A stretch of DNA of 62,846 nucleotides, filler included. It is 5 parts of 5 records of this genome, joined end to end, with 100 filler letters (N's around TTAATTAATTAA, not from the genome) between each part and the next. Parts side by side here need not be neighbours in the genome. Positions count along the whole stretch, not along the records: positions 1 to 12,209 come from DRR723986_8987; 4 more parts are not named here. One strand, given 5' to 3'. This document shows, one piece after another, positions 1 to 7,845 of this stretch; the first letter of the stretch is position 1, and every line of letters begins with the position of its first letter. The notes beneath the pieces were generated by a model. That model was not told the DNA's origin and searched no databases. It saw only the letters and a program-made list of their open reading frames with translations. The position numbers and the translations under genes were made by a program.

Positions 1-1238
1 TCGGTCTGCCACCAGGTGTCGACGATGGGGCAGCGGGAATCGCCCACTGTTTTGTAATACCACTCCCAGGCCTCCGGATTGATCGGCTCGCCGACGGTGC
101 CGAGCAGGCGCAGGCTGGCCCGCGAGCTGCGTTTGACCGGGGCATCGCCGACCGCGTGCAGGGCGCGGATCGCAGTCGGTGCGGTATAGAAGCTGGCGAC
201 CTTGTGCTTGTCCACAACTTCCCAGCAACGGCCGGCATCGGGATACGTGGGTACGCCCTCGAACATCAGGGATATGGCACCGTTACTGAGGGGGCCATAG
301 ACGATATAGGTGTGGCCGGTTACCCAGCCCACATCGGCGGTACACCAGTAAACCTCGCCCTCGCGATAGTCGAATACGTACTTGAAGGTCATGGCCGCCT
401 GCAGCAGATAGCCGCCGGTGGTATGCAGTACCCCCTTGGGCTTGCCGGTGGAGCCTGAGGTATACAGGATGAACAGCGGGTCCTCGGCATCCATTGATTC
501 CGGTTCGCACTCGGTAGCCGCGCCCTCGGTCGCTTCGTGGTACCAGACATCCCGGCCTTCCTGCCAGTCGATGCTGCCGCCGGTGCGCTGAACGACCAGG
601 CAGGTGTGAACGTTGGGGCAGGCGGCCAGGGCCTGGTCAGCATTGGCTTTCAGTGGCACCTGCTTGCCGCCGCGCACGCCTTCGTCGGCGGTGATCACGG
701 TCTGGCAATCGGAGTCGAGGATCCGGTCCTTGAGTGCCTCCGGCGAGAAGCCGCCGAAGACGACTGAGTGCACCGCACCGATCCGGGTACAGGCGAGCAT
801 CGCGAAGGCGGCTTCGGGAATCATCGGCATGTAGATACAGACCCGATCACCCTTCTTAACACCGCGTGCCCGCAGGGCGTTGGCCAGGCGGCAGACCTGC
901 TCTTTCAATTCAGCATAGCTGATGTGCTTGCTGTCCGCGGGGTCATCCCCCTCCCAGATTAACGCGGTCTGCGCGGCGCGTTCGGGCAGGTGGCGGTCGA
1001 TACAGTTGACGCTGACATTAAGCTTGCCGCCAGCGAACCATTCAGCCTCACCCTTGACGAAATCGTAGCTGCAGACCGAGTTCCACGGCTGGTCCCAGTG
1101 CAGAAACTGCTGTGCCATCTCGCCCCAGAAGCCCTCGGGATCCGCGAGGGATCGCTGGTACATTTCCTGGTAGGTCGCGGCGTCGATGTGGGCATCGGCG
1201 AAATTGGCAGGCACCGGGTGGACAGGGAAGTCAGACAT
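1..1238 (-). CDS. acs: Acetyl-CoA synthetase (3' end runs off the window)
   Basis: Read by hand from ATG 1238: [19 protein letters not shown]..., with [14 protein letters not shown]-binding loop, [13 protein letters not shown] and DTWWQT motifs. Confidence 0.95.
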   Translation of the reverse strand, partial: MSDFPVHPVPANFADAHIDAATYQEMYQRSLADPEGFWGEMAQQFLHWDQPWNSVCSYDFVKGEAEWFAGGKLNVSVNCIDRHLPERAAQTALIWEGDDPADSKHISYAELKEQVCRLANALRARGVKKGDRVCIYMPMIPEAAFAMLACTRIGAVHSVVFGGFSPEALKDRILDSDCQTVITADEGVRGGKQVPLKANADQALAACPNVHTCLVVQRTGGSIDWQEGRDVWYHEATEGAATECEPESMDAEDPLFILYTSGSTGKPKGVLHTTGGYLLQAAMTFKYVFDYREGEVYWCTADVGWVTGHTYIVYGPLSNGAISLMFEGVPTYPDAGRCWEVVDKHKVASFYTAPTAIRALHAVGDAPVKRSSRASLRLLGTVGEPINPEAWEWYYKTVGDSRCPIVDTWWQT

Positions 1239-1360
1239 GGCGACGATTCTCCGCTAGCGTGTGAACTCTGGATGATACTGGCAGGGCCGGCGGGTGCAAG
1301 CCGACCAAAGTCGAATAAACCTGAGGCGGGCCCCGGGCAGCTGCGGCCGGAGCCCCGGGA

Positions 1361-2245
1361 TCAGTTGGTGGCGAGCATGCCCCAGTCGGAGACCGGGTTC
1401 AGGGTCAGGCGCACGTTGTCGATGAGCCGGGTTGACCCTAGCCGCGCTGCCGCCAGGATCGCGATCTCCTCGGTGTCGGCCGTGACGGCCCGCAGGGTAC
1501 GGGCATCGCGGATCGCGAAATAGTCCGGGTCGAAGCCGGCCTGCAGCAACTGCATGCGGGCGTGGGATTCCAGCTGCAGGAAGTTATCGAAGCCACAGGC
1601 AATCGCCTCGCGGCAGCGTATCAGGGTCTCGTGGATCAGCGGCGCCATCCGCCGCTCTTCCGCGGTCAGAAAGCCGTTGCGTGAACTCAGGGCCAGGCCA
1701 TCTTCGGAGCGCGCTGTGCGCACCCCGATCACAGTCACCGGCATACACAGGTCCTCGACCATTTTGCGGATGATCGATAATTGCTGGAAGTCCTTCTCGC
1801 CGAATACGGCCACATCCGGCTGCACGATATTGAACAGCTTGTTGACGACGGTGGTAACGCCGTTGAAATGGCCGGGGCGGCTACTACCGCACAGGGTCTC
1901 GGAGAGATCCGGGACCTGTACCTGGGTGTGTTTCTCCATGCCCTCGGGGTAAATCTGGTCGACCCCGGGTGCAAACACAAACTGCACGCCCTCGGCGAAC
2001 AGCTTTTCCTTATCCGCCGCGAGTGTGCGGGGATAGCTGTCCAGGTCTTCATTGGCGCCGAACTGCAGGGGATTGACGAAGATACTCACGACGACCACGT
2101 CGCACAGGTCACGCGCGCGGCGCACCAGGTCCAGGTGTCCCTCGTGGAGGTTGCCCATGGTGGGAACAAACGCAATGCGCTGGCCGGCCCGACGCACGCT
2201 GGCGAGGCTGGTCTGTAACTGGGCGCTGGTGGTAACAGTCCGCAT
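1361..2245 (-). CDS. panC: Pantoate-beta-alanine ligase
   Basis: FVPTMGNLHEGH, RPGHF, FGEKDFQQ, LALSSRN and RLIDN motifs. Confidence 0.97.
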   Translation of the reverse strand: MRTVTTSAQLQTSLASVRRAGQRIAFVPTMGNLHEGHLDLVRRARDLCDVVVVSIFVNPLQFGANEDLDSYPRTLAADKEKLFAEGVQFVFAPGVDQIYPEGMEKHTQVQVPDLSETLCGSSRPGHFNGVTTVVNKLFNIVQPDVAVFGEKDFQQLSIIRKMVEDLCMPVTVIGVRTARSEDGLALSSRNGFLTAEERRMAPLIHETLIRCREAIACGFDNFLQLESHARMQLLQAGFDPDYFAIRDARTLRAVTADTEEIAILAAARLGSTRLIDNVRLTLNPVSDWGMLATN

Positions 2246-2331
2246 ATCTAACCACTCCCTTGCGGTGGAACGGTGACGCTAAACCCGATCAGTTGTCGTT
2301 GGCCGGCGGTATCACGCCGGAGGGGGGGCCA

Positions 2332-2360
2332 AGTATGCCCCATGCCCTTGCCCCCAGCAA
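2332..2360 (-). promoter_or_regulatory. Possible sigma70 promoter for panC
   Basis: Minus strand TTGCTG-N17-CATACT in the panB-panC gap. Confidence 0.35.
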
Positions 2361-2444
2361 CGGCCAAAATGTAAATATTCACGCCGTTTCGTTACCAAAC
2401 CACTCACCTCGGCGGGGGAACCGCGGTAAGTGCTACTGTTACGT

Positions 2445-2460
2445 TAGTAAGTGCTTACTA
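2445..2460. promoter_or_regulatory. Palindromic candidate operator TAGTAAGTGCTTACTA
   Basis: 7-bp arms TAGTAAG/CTTACTA; a partial second copy GGTAAGTGCTAC lies at 2425-2436. Confidence 0.45.
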
Positions 2461-2489
2461 GTAAATTGCTGGCAGTTGACCGGGTGGGG

Positions 2490-3281
2490 CTAGCTGTAGC
2501 TGTGTTCTTCCCTGGGGTAGGCGCCGGATTTCACTGCTGCCACGAAGGCGCGCAGTGCATCCTGGATCGAGGCCTGGCCGGCCATAAAATTTTCCACGAA
2601 GCGCGGGGTGTGGGAGGACAGTCCCAGCATGTCGTGCAGGACCAGCACCTGGGCGTCGGTGCCCGCGCCCGCACCGATCCCGATCACCGGAATGTCGAGC
2701 TTGGCGCTGATGTCGGCCGCGAGATGGGCCGGGACGCATTCAAGTACCAGCAGGCTGGCGCCGGCGTCCTGGATTTCCACGGCATCGGCGAGGATCGATT
2801 TCGCTTCTTTCGGGGTCCGGCCCTGCACGCGGTAGCCGCCAAAAGCGTTTACCGACTGCGGCGTCAGGCCCAGGTGGGCGCAGACCGGGATACCGCGTTC
2901 CACCAACATACTGATGCTGTCGCTGAGCCAGGTACCGCCTTCCATTTTGACCATCTGAGCGCCGGCCTGCATCAGTGCCGTGGCATTGACCATGGTCTGC
3001 TCCGGCGTGGTGTAGCTCATGAACGGCATGTCCGCGATCACCAGGGAGTCGGGCCGGGCACGCATCACGCACTCGGTGTGATAGGCCATGTCATCGACGG
3101 TCACTGGAATGGTGCTGTCGTGGCCTTGCAGCACCATGCCCAGGGAGTCACCCACGAGAATCGTTTCCGCACCCGCGTCGCTGACCAGTTGGGCAAACGT
3201 GGCGTCGTAGGCGGTGATGCAGACGAACTTCTCCCCGGCAGCCTTCATCTTGTTCAGCGAGCTGATGGTGATCTTGGGCAT
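2490..3281 (-). CDS. panB: 3-methyl-2-oxobutanoate hydroxymethyltransferase
   Basis: TAYDATFA, ILVGDSLGM, DMPFMSY, HLGLTPQS and IGIGAG motifs. Confidence 0.97.
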   Translation of the reverse strand: MPKITISSLNKMKAAGEKFVCITAYDATFAQLVSDAGAETILVGDSLGMVLQGHDSTIPVTVDDMAYHTECVMRARPDSLVIADMPFMSYTTPEQTMVNATALMQAGAQMVKMEGGTWLSDSISMLVERGIPVCAHLGLTPQSVNAFGGYRVQGRTPKEAKSILADAVEIQDAGASLLVLECVPAHLAADISAKLDIPVIGIGAGAGTDAQVLVLHDMLGLSSHTPRFVENFMAGQASIQDALRAFVAAVKSGAYPREEHSYS

Positions 3282-3288
3282 AGCGCGA

Positions 3289-3966
3289 CTATCCGAAGAA
3301 GGTTGGGTTGAAGTAGTGGCGGCCGCTGCGGATATCCAACAGGTAGTCCACCAGGTGGTGGTAGTCCCGGTCTCCGTTGGCCAGGTCTATTTCGCTGGCG
3401 TTCACAATTAACAGCGGGGCGCCATCGTAATATAGAAAAAACTCACTGTACACTTCGTTCAGGCGCTCGAGGTAGTCGCGATCGATTGCCCGTTCGGCGG
3501 CTATTCCGCGGTTCTCGATCCGCCCCAGCAGCACGTCTGTCGAGGCCTGCAGGTAGATGACGAGATCTGGCCGCGGAGCGTCGATAGTGAGTTGCTGGTA
3601 AACCTTCTGGTACAACTGGTACTCGTCGCTGTCGAGATTTATCCGGGCAAACAAGGGGTCTTTCTCGATCAGGAAGTCAGATACCCGGACCGGCTCGAAG
3701 ATATCCGCCTGGCGCAGGTCCTGTATTTTCTGGGCGCGCTGGAACAGGAAGAACAGCTGGGTCGCCAGCGCCGCCTGCTTGCGATTGCCGTAAAAGCGCT
3801 CCAGGAAGGGGTTTTGCTCCGCCTCTTCCAGCAGGGTCTGGTAGTTGAAACTTGCCGCCAGCCGTTTCGCCAGCGTGGTCTTGCCGACGCCGATAGGGCC
3901 TTCGATGGCGATGAACGCCGGGGGCGTGCGCCCTCCGAGGTCCACATTGATGGCGCTGCTGTCCAC
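3289..3966 (-). CDS. Deoxynucleoside kinase family protein
   Basis: IAIEGPIGVGKTT P-loop, NPFLERFY, PDLVIYLQAS; GTG start at 3966 chosen because it lies just after the folK stop. Confidence 0.9.
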   Translation of the reverse strand: MDSSAINVDLGGRTPPAFIAIEGPIGVGKTTLAKRLAASFNYQTLLEEAEQNPFLERFYGNRKQAALATQLFFLFQRAQKIQDLRQADIFEPVRVSDFLIEKDPLFARINLDSDEYQLYQKVYQQLTIDAPRPDLVIYLQASTDVLLGRIENRGIAAERAIDRDYLERLNEVYSEFFLYYDGAPLLIVNASEIDLANGDRDYHHLVDYLLDIRSGRHYFNPTFFG

Positions 3967-3968
3967 GC

Positions 3969-4493
3969 TCAAATCAGCTTCTCCGCAGTTGCCCGGCCCG
4001 GGTCCAGGGTGATCCCGGTGCGCGCAAGTTCGCCCCCCTCGCACCGGGCTACTAATGTACCAAGAACTTCCCCCCCGGGCAGCACATAGTCGGGTCCGCA
4101 GAGGTCATGCAGGGGCTGAAGGACGAAGTTACGCCGTGCCAGATGCGGGTGAGGCACTTGCAGGCGGGGCAGGTCGATCTGCTGCTCACCGTACAGGAGG
4201 ATGTCCAGGTCGATGGTGCGCGGGCCCCAGCGCTCTCCACGCTCCCGGCCCTGACCGGCCTCCAGGGCCTGCAGCGCGTTCAGCAGCTGAAGCGGTGCCA
4301 GCGTGGTATCCAGCTCGGCGACGGCGTTGAGGTAATCGGGCTGGCCGGCAGGTCCCAGGGGGGCGCTGCGATAAACCGGTGACAGGCGGACCAGGGTGAG
4401 ATGTTCTGTTTGGGCCAGGCTGCTTACCGCCTGAGCGAGCTGCCGGGCGGGATCATCAAGATTGGCGCCCAGCCCGACAAAACAGCGAATCAC
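3969..4493 (-). CDS. folK: 2-amino-4-hydroxy-6-hydroxymethyldihydropteridine diphosphokinase
   Basis: GLGANL, QPDYLNAV, RWGPRTIDLDIL and PHP motifs; GTG start overlaps the pcnB stop. Confidence 0.96.
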   Translation of the reverse strand: MIRCFVGLGANLDDPARQLAQAVSSLAQTEHLTLVRLSPVYRSAPLGPAGQPDYLNAVAELDTTLAPLQLLNALQALEAGQGRERGERWGPRTIDLDILLYGEQQIDLPRLQVPHPHLARRNFVLQPLHDLCGPDYVLPGGEVLGTLVARCEGGELARTGITLDPGRATAEKLI

Positions 4494-5776
4494 TGCCGGG
4501 GGCGCCCGCGCCGGCTGCGCCCGCGCCCTCGGGACGGACGGCCTTTGCCGGAGCCCGCTTCCTCCAGCCGCTCTTCCATTGGCAGGGTCTGGAACCGGGT
4601 CCACCACTCGCCGACACCACCGGTTTCCTCGCCGGCGGCTTCCCTGAGCAGCAGGAAGTCGTAGGCGGCGCGAAAGCGTCGATGATCGACCAGCTCCGCT
4701 GCGCGGCGACCTTGTCGCCGTTCTAGCCGGGCCTGGAACTCCCAGATTTCACGCATTGGCATGCTGAAGCGACGCGGGATGGCGATGATCCGGCAGGCAG
4801 CGGCAATCACCTGCTGTGACGCACTGTGCATTGCCACCATGGGCGGATCCCCCCGGGCCTGCAGCACCTCCGCTTCATGCGCGGCCACCGGCCACAGCAG
4901 GGCTGCGAGCAGGAAAGCCGGGGTTACCGGCTTGTCGTCGCGGATTCGTTGGTCGGTGCTAGCCATGGCCAGACGCACCAGTTCCGCGGCGCGCTGGTCC
5001 TTGCGCAGCAGGTGATCGGTTTCCGGGAACAGGTACTCGAGTAATCGGTGCTCGACCAGCTGCTGCAGGGTGGCTTCGGCGTAGCCGGAGAGGAACAGCT
5101 TGAGGAACTCATCGAACAGGCGGGCTGAGGGAATTTCCCGCAGCAGGGCCGCGCACTGGGGAATGGCCGTGGCGGTTTCCCGTTCTATCCTGAACTCCAG
5201 CTTGGCGGCAAAGCGGAGCACGCGCAGCATGCGTACCGGGTCTTCGCGGTAGCGCTGGCTTGGATCACCGATGATACAGATGCTGCGCCGCTCCAGGTCC
5301 TGCATGCCGTGGACGTGGTCAAGCACGGCAAATGAACCGGCGTCGTAGTACAGCGCGTTGACCGTCAGGTCGCGCCGGGCCGCGTCTTCCTCCAGGGTGC
5401 CGTAGACGTTGTCCCGCAGCAGCAGTCCCTTGTCGCTCTGGCGAGAGGAGCCGGTGGTAGCGGGCTGCTCCTCACTGTCGTGGTGGCCGCGAAAGGTCGT
5501 GACCTCGATGATCTCGCGGCCAAAGCGAACGTGGACGATACGAAAGCGTCGCCCGATGATCCGCGAATTACGGAACAGGGCGTGGACTTCCTCCGGCGTG
5601 GCATCGGTCGCCACGTCGAAATCCTTGGGGTGGCCGCCCAGCAGCAGGTCGCGCACGGCGCCGCCAACCAGGTAGGCCTGGTGTCCCTGGCTTCGCAGGC
5701 GCGACATCACCTTCAGGGCGCTGTCACTGATGTTTTTGCGGGAAATGCAGTGCTCGTCCCGGGGGATGACCTTCAA
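4490..5776 (-). CDS. pcnB: Poly(A) polymerase I
   Basis: LVGGAVRDLLLG..PKDFDVAT, IIGRRFRIVHV, RRDLTVNALYY, EDPVRMLR, FRAAYDFLLLR and an Arg-rich tail. Confidence 0.96.
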   Translation of the reverse strand: MKVIPRDEHCISRKNISDSALKVMSRLRSQGHQAYLVGGAVRDLLLGGHPKDFDVATDATPEEVHALFRNSRIIGRRFRIVHVRFGREIIEVTTFRGHHDSEEQPATTGSSRQSDKGLLLRDNVYGTLEEDAARRDLTVNALYYDAGSFAVLDHVHGMQDLERRSICIIGDPSQRYREDPVRMLRVLRFAAKLEFRIERETATAIPQCAALLREIPSARLFDEFLKLFLSGYAEATLQQLVEHRLLEYLFPETDHLLRKDQRAAELVRLAMASTDQRIRDDKPVTPAFLLAALLWPVAAHEAEVLQARGDPPMVAMHSASQQVIAAACRIIAIPRRFSMPMREIWEFQARLERRQGRRAAELVDHRRFRAAYDFLLLREAAGEETGGVGEWWTRFQTLPMEERLEEAGSGKGRPSRGRGRSRRGRPRQ

Positions 5777-5876
5777 GCGGCAGCCGCCTTGTGGGTTTGG
5801 AAAGAAGGGCGGAGTTTAGCATAGCCCCCGGCAATGGCGTGCGCGTTATGGGAACTGGGCTGGTAGTGGGGAAGTT

Positions 5877-5903
5877 GATGGGGAAAACAGTGTTTTCCCC
5901 ATC
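5877..5903 (-). terminator. Hairpin at the 3' end of the CrcZ-like RNA
   Basis: GATGGGGAAAACA-C-TGTTTTCCCCATC is a perfect 13-bp inverted repeat; no clear U tract follows. Confidence 0.55.
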
Positions 5904-6184
5904 CAGGTCTCTTTGGAGGCTTATTGTTATTTCTGTGCGTTGTTATTTTTATGGGCGACAATGAAAACACAATTTTGTTGTCTTGCCCATCAAGCGTCAT
6001 ATCGATCAGTTATATCGCCTATGGCTGCTTAGTATGCAGGTCATTAAGAACCTGCTGCGAGCGTGCAAAAAGTAACGGCAGACAACAATAGGAAATGAAG
6101 GGGAAGAAGTCTTCCCCATCCAGGTCCATAGTTTCGTTATCTTATTGTTATTGCTGCAGATTTTTATTTTTATTCTTGTTGCGC
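5877..6184 (-). ncRNA. crcZ: CrcZ-like Hfq/Crc-sequestering sRNA (possibly two tandem modules)
   Basis: Located between cbrB and pcnB as in Pseudomonas; sigma54 promoter immediately upstream; several AANAANAA tracts (AACAAGAATAAAAATAAAAA, AATAACAATAAG twice, AAAAATAACAA); ends in a strong hairpin. Boundaries approximate. Confidence 0.75.
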
Positions 6185-6193
6185 GCTTAAGAT

Positions 6194-6209
6194 TGCAGAG
6201 GCTGTGCCA
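6194..6209 (-). promoter_or_regulatory. Sigma54 (-24/-12) promoter
   Basis: Minus strand TGGCACAGCCTCTGCA matches TGGCAC-N5-YTGC and sits next to the sigma54 activator gene cbrB. Confidence 0.85.
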
Positions 6210-6261
6210 GAAATCAAAAAAGCTATATTTATCAGATATATAGATAATAATAGTGTGAATA

Positions 6262-6332
6262 GTAACAGTGCTGTAACAGGCGATTGTTACCTTTCCCCAC
6301 TGTATTTTGTAACGCTCAGGGGTGGGAGTAAC
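6262..6332. promoter_or_regulatory. Cluster of CbrB-type upstream activating hexamers
   Basis: GTAACA at 6262 and 6273, TGTTAC at 6285, GTAAC at 6309 and 6328; TGTTAC subsites are the described CbrB sites of Pseudomonas crcZ promoters. Confidence 0.65.
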
Positions 6333-6334
6333 GG

Positions 6335-7753
6335 TCAGGAGGCGGCTTTTCGCTGCCTGTTGCCGCCACCACTCTTTTTGCGAGGGATCTCGAAACGCTG
6401 ACGGCGCTCCCACAGGCACTTGCGGCTGATCCCCAGTTTCTGGGCGAGTTCGGTTTCACTCATCGAGTCCTGGTGCTCCAGGACGAAGCGCTGGAAGTAA
6501 TCCTCCAGGGACAGGTCTTCCGGGGGGTCGTTGCTGATGGGTTGGCGTTGGCCGGCACCCGTGCTGATCCGGCTGCCCCGCAGGCGATTGACGTTGACCA
6601 GCTCGAGGTCGATGCCGAGCGTTTCATTTTCGATTTCGCTGTCGTCGCTGAGCACGACCGCGCGCTCAATCGCGTGCTCCAGCTCCCGCACATTGCCTGG
6701 CCACTGGTAGGTGGTGATGGCCTGGATCGCCCGCGGTGACAGGGTCATGGTGCCCTTGCCCAGCTTGTTCGATTGGGCCTCCAGCAGGTGCTCTGCCAGG
6801 TGCAGGATATCCTTGCCCCGTTCCCTTAGCGGTGGCAGGGCCAGGCGCAGTACATTGATTCGGTAGTACAGGTCCTGGCGGAACTGCCCCTCGGCGGCGA
6901 GCGCCTGTAGATTGCGGTGGGTAGCGCAGATCAGGCGTACGTTCACCTTGCGCGAGTTGACCGAACCGATGCGTCGGATTTCGCCCTCCTGGATAAAGCG
7001 CAACAGCCGGGCCTGGGCCTCCATCGGCAGTTCCCCGATCTCATCGAGGAACAGGGTGCCGCCGTCCGCAGCCTCGATCAGTCCCATGCGGCTGGCGTTG
7101 GCACCGGTGAAAGCGCCTTTCTCATAGCCGAATAGTTCCGATTCAATCAGGGTTTCGGGAATGGCCGCGCAGTTGACCGAGATCAGGGTCTTGTCGGCCC
7201 GCCTGCTGGATCGGTGTACGTTGCGTGCGACCAGTTCCTTGCCAGTGCCGGTCTCTCCGAGCACCAGCACGGTCGAGTCGGTGGGCGCGATGCGCTTGAT
7301 ATGTTCGAACAGGGTGTTCATCGCCGGGCAGTTACCGATGAAGCCGGTGGCCAGGCTGTCCACCGCCGGTGCCGGCTTGTCAGCCCGGGTCTCGCGGCTG
7401 GTGGGGTGGTCGGTGATGATGCGCTGCACCGCGCTCACCATATCGCCGTGGTCGAAGGGCTTAGCGATATAATCCACCGCTCCCATGCGCATGGAGTCCA
7501 CGGCTGACCGCAGGCTGGCATAGCTGGTCATGATCAATACCGGCACATCGCCAGCCTTCTTGATCAGTTCGGTGCCCGGGGCGCCTGGCAGGCGCAGATC
7601 GCTGATGATCAGGTCATAGTCGTTCAGGTCGTACTTGGATTCGGCTTCCTGGACGGAGGCGGCCTCGTCGATGGCGTAACCGCTGCGCTCCAGTAAGCGG
7701 CGCAGTGCATTGCGGATTACCGATTCATCCTCGACCACGAGAATCTGCTGCAT
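6335..7753 (-). CDS. cbrB: Sigma54-dependent response regulator CbrB
   Basis: Receiver domain, GETGTGKE Walker A, GAFTGA, C-terminal LSLEDYFQRFVLEHQDSMSETELAQKLGISRKCLWERRQR; synteny with cbrA and pcnB. Confidence 0.93.
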   Translation of the reverse strand: MQQILVVEDESVIRNALRRLLERSGYAIDEAASVQEAESKYDLNDYDLIISDLRLPGAPGTELIKKAGDVPVLIMTSYASLRSAVDSMRMGAVDYIAKPFDHGDMVSAVQRIITDHPTSRETRADKPAPAVDSLATGFIGNCPAMNTLFEHIKRIAPTDSTVLVLGETGTGKELVARNVHRSSRRADKTLISVNCAAIPETLIESELFGYEKGAFTGANASRMGLIEAADGGTLFLDEIGELPMEAQARLLRFIQEGEIRRIGSVNSRKVNVRLICATHRNLQALAAEGQFRQDLYYRINVLRLALPPLRERGKDILHLAEHLLEAQSNKLGKGTMTLSPRAIQAITTYQWPGNVRELEHAIERAVVLSDDSEIENETLGIDLELVNVNRLRGSRISTGAGQRQPISNDPPEDLSLEDYFQRFVLEHQDSMSETELAQKLGISRKCLWERRQRFEIPRKKSGGGNRQRKAAS

Positions 7754-7845
7754 CGCTTTGTTACCTTGCAACCACGGGTGTCACACAATACCCCGATGAG
7801 TCTGCGTTTTCCAGAAAATACAGGAACTTGGCGTGTCACCGCAGG

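Noticed and set aside
5773-6419. Short ORFs in the pcnB-cbrB gap
   Set aside because: They are low-complexity translations of an A-rich region better explained by the sRNA and its promoter.
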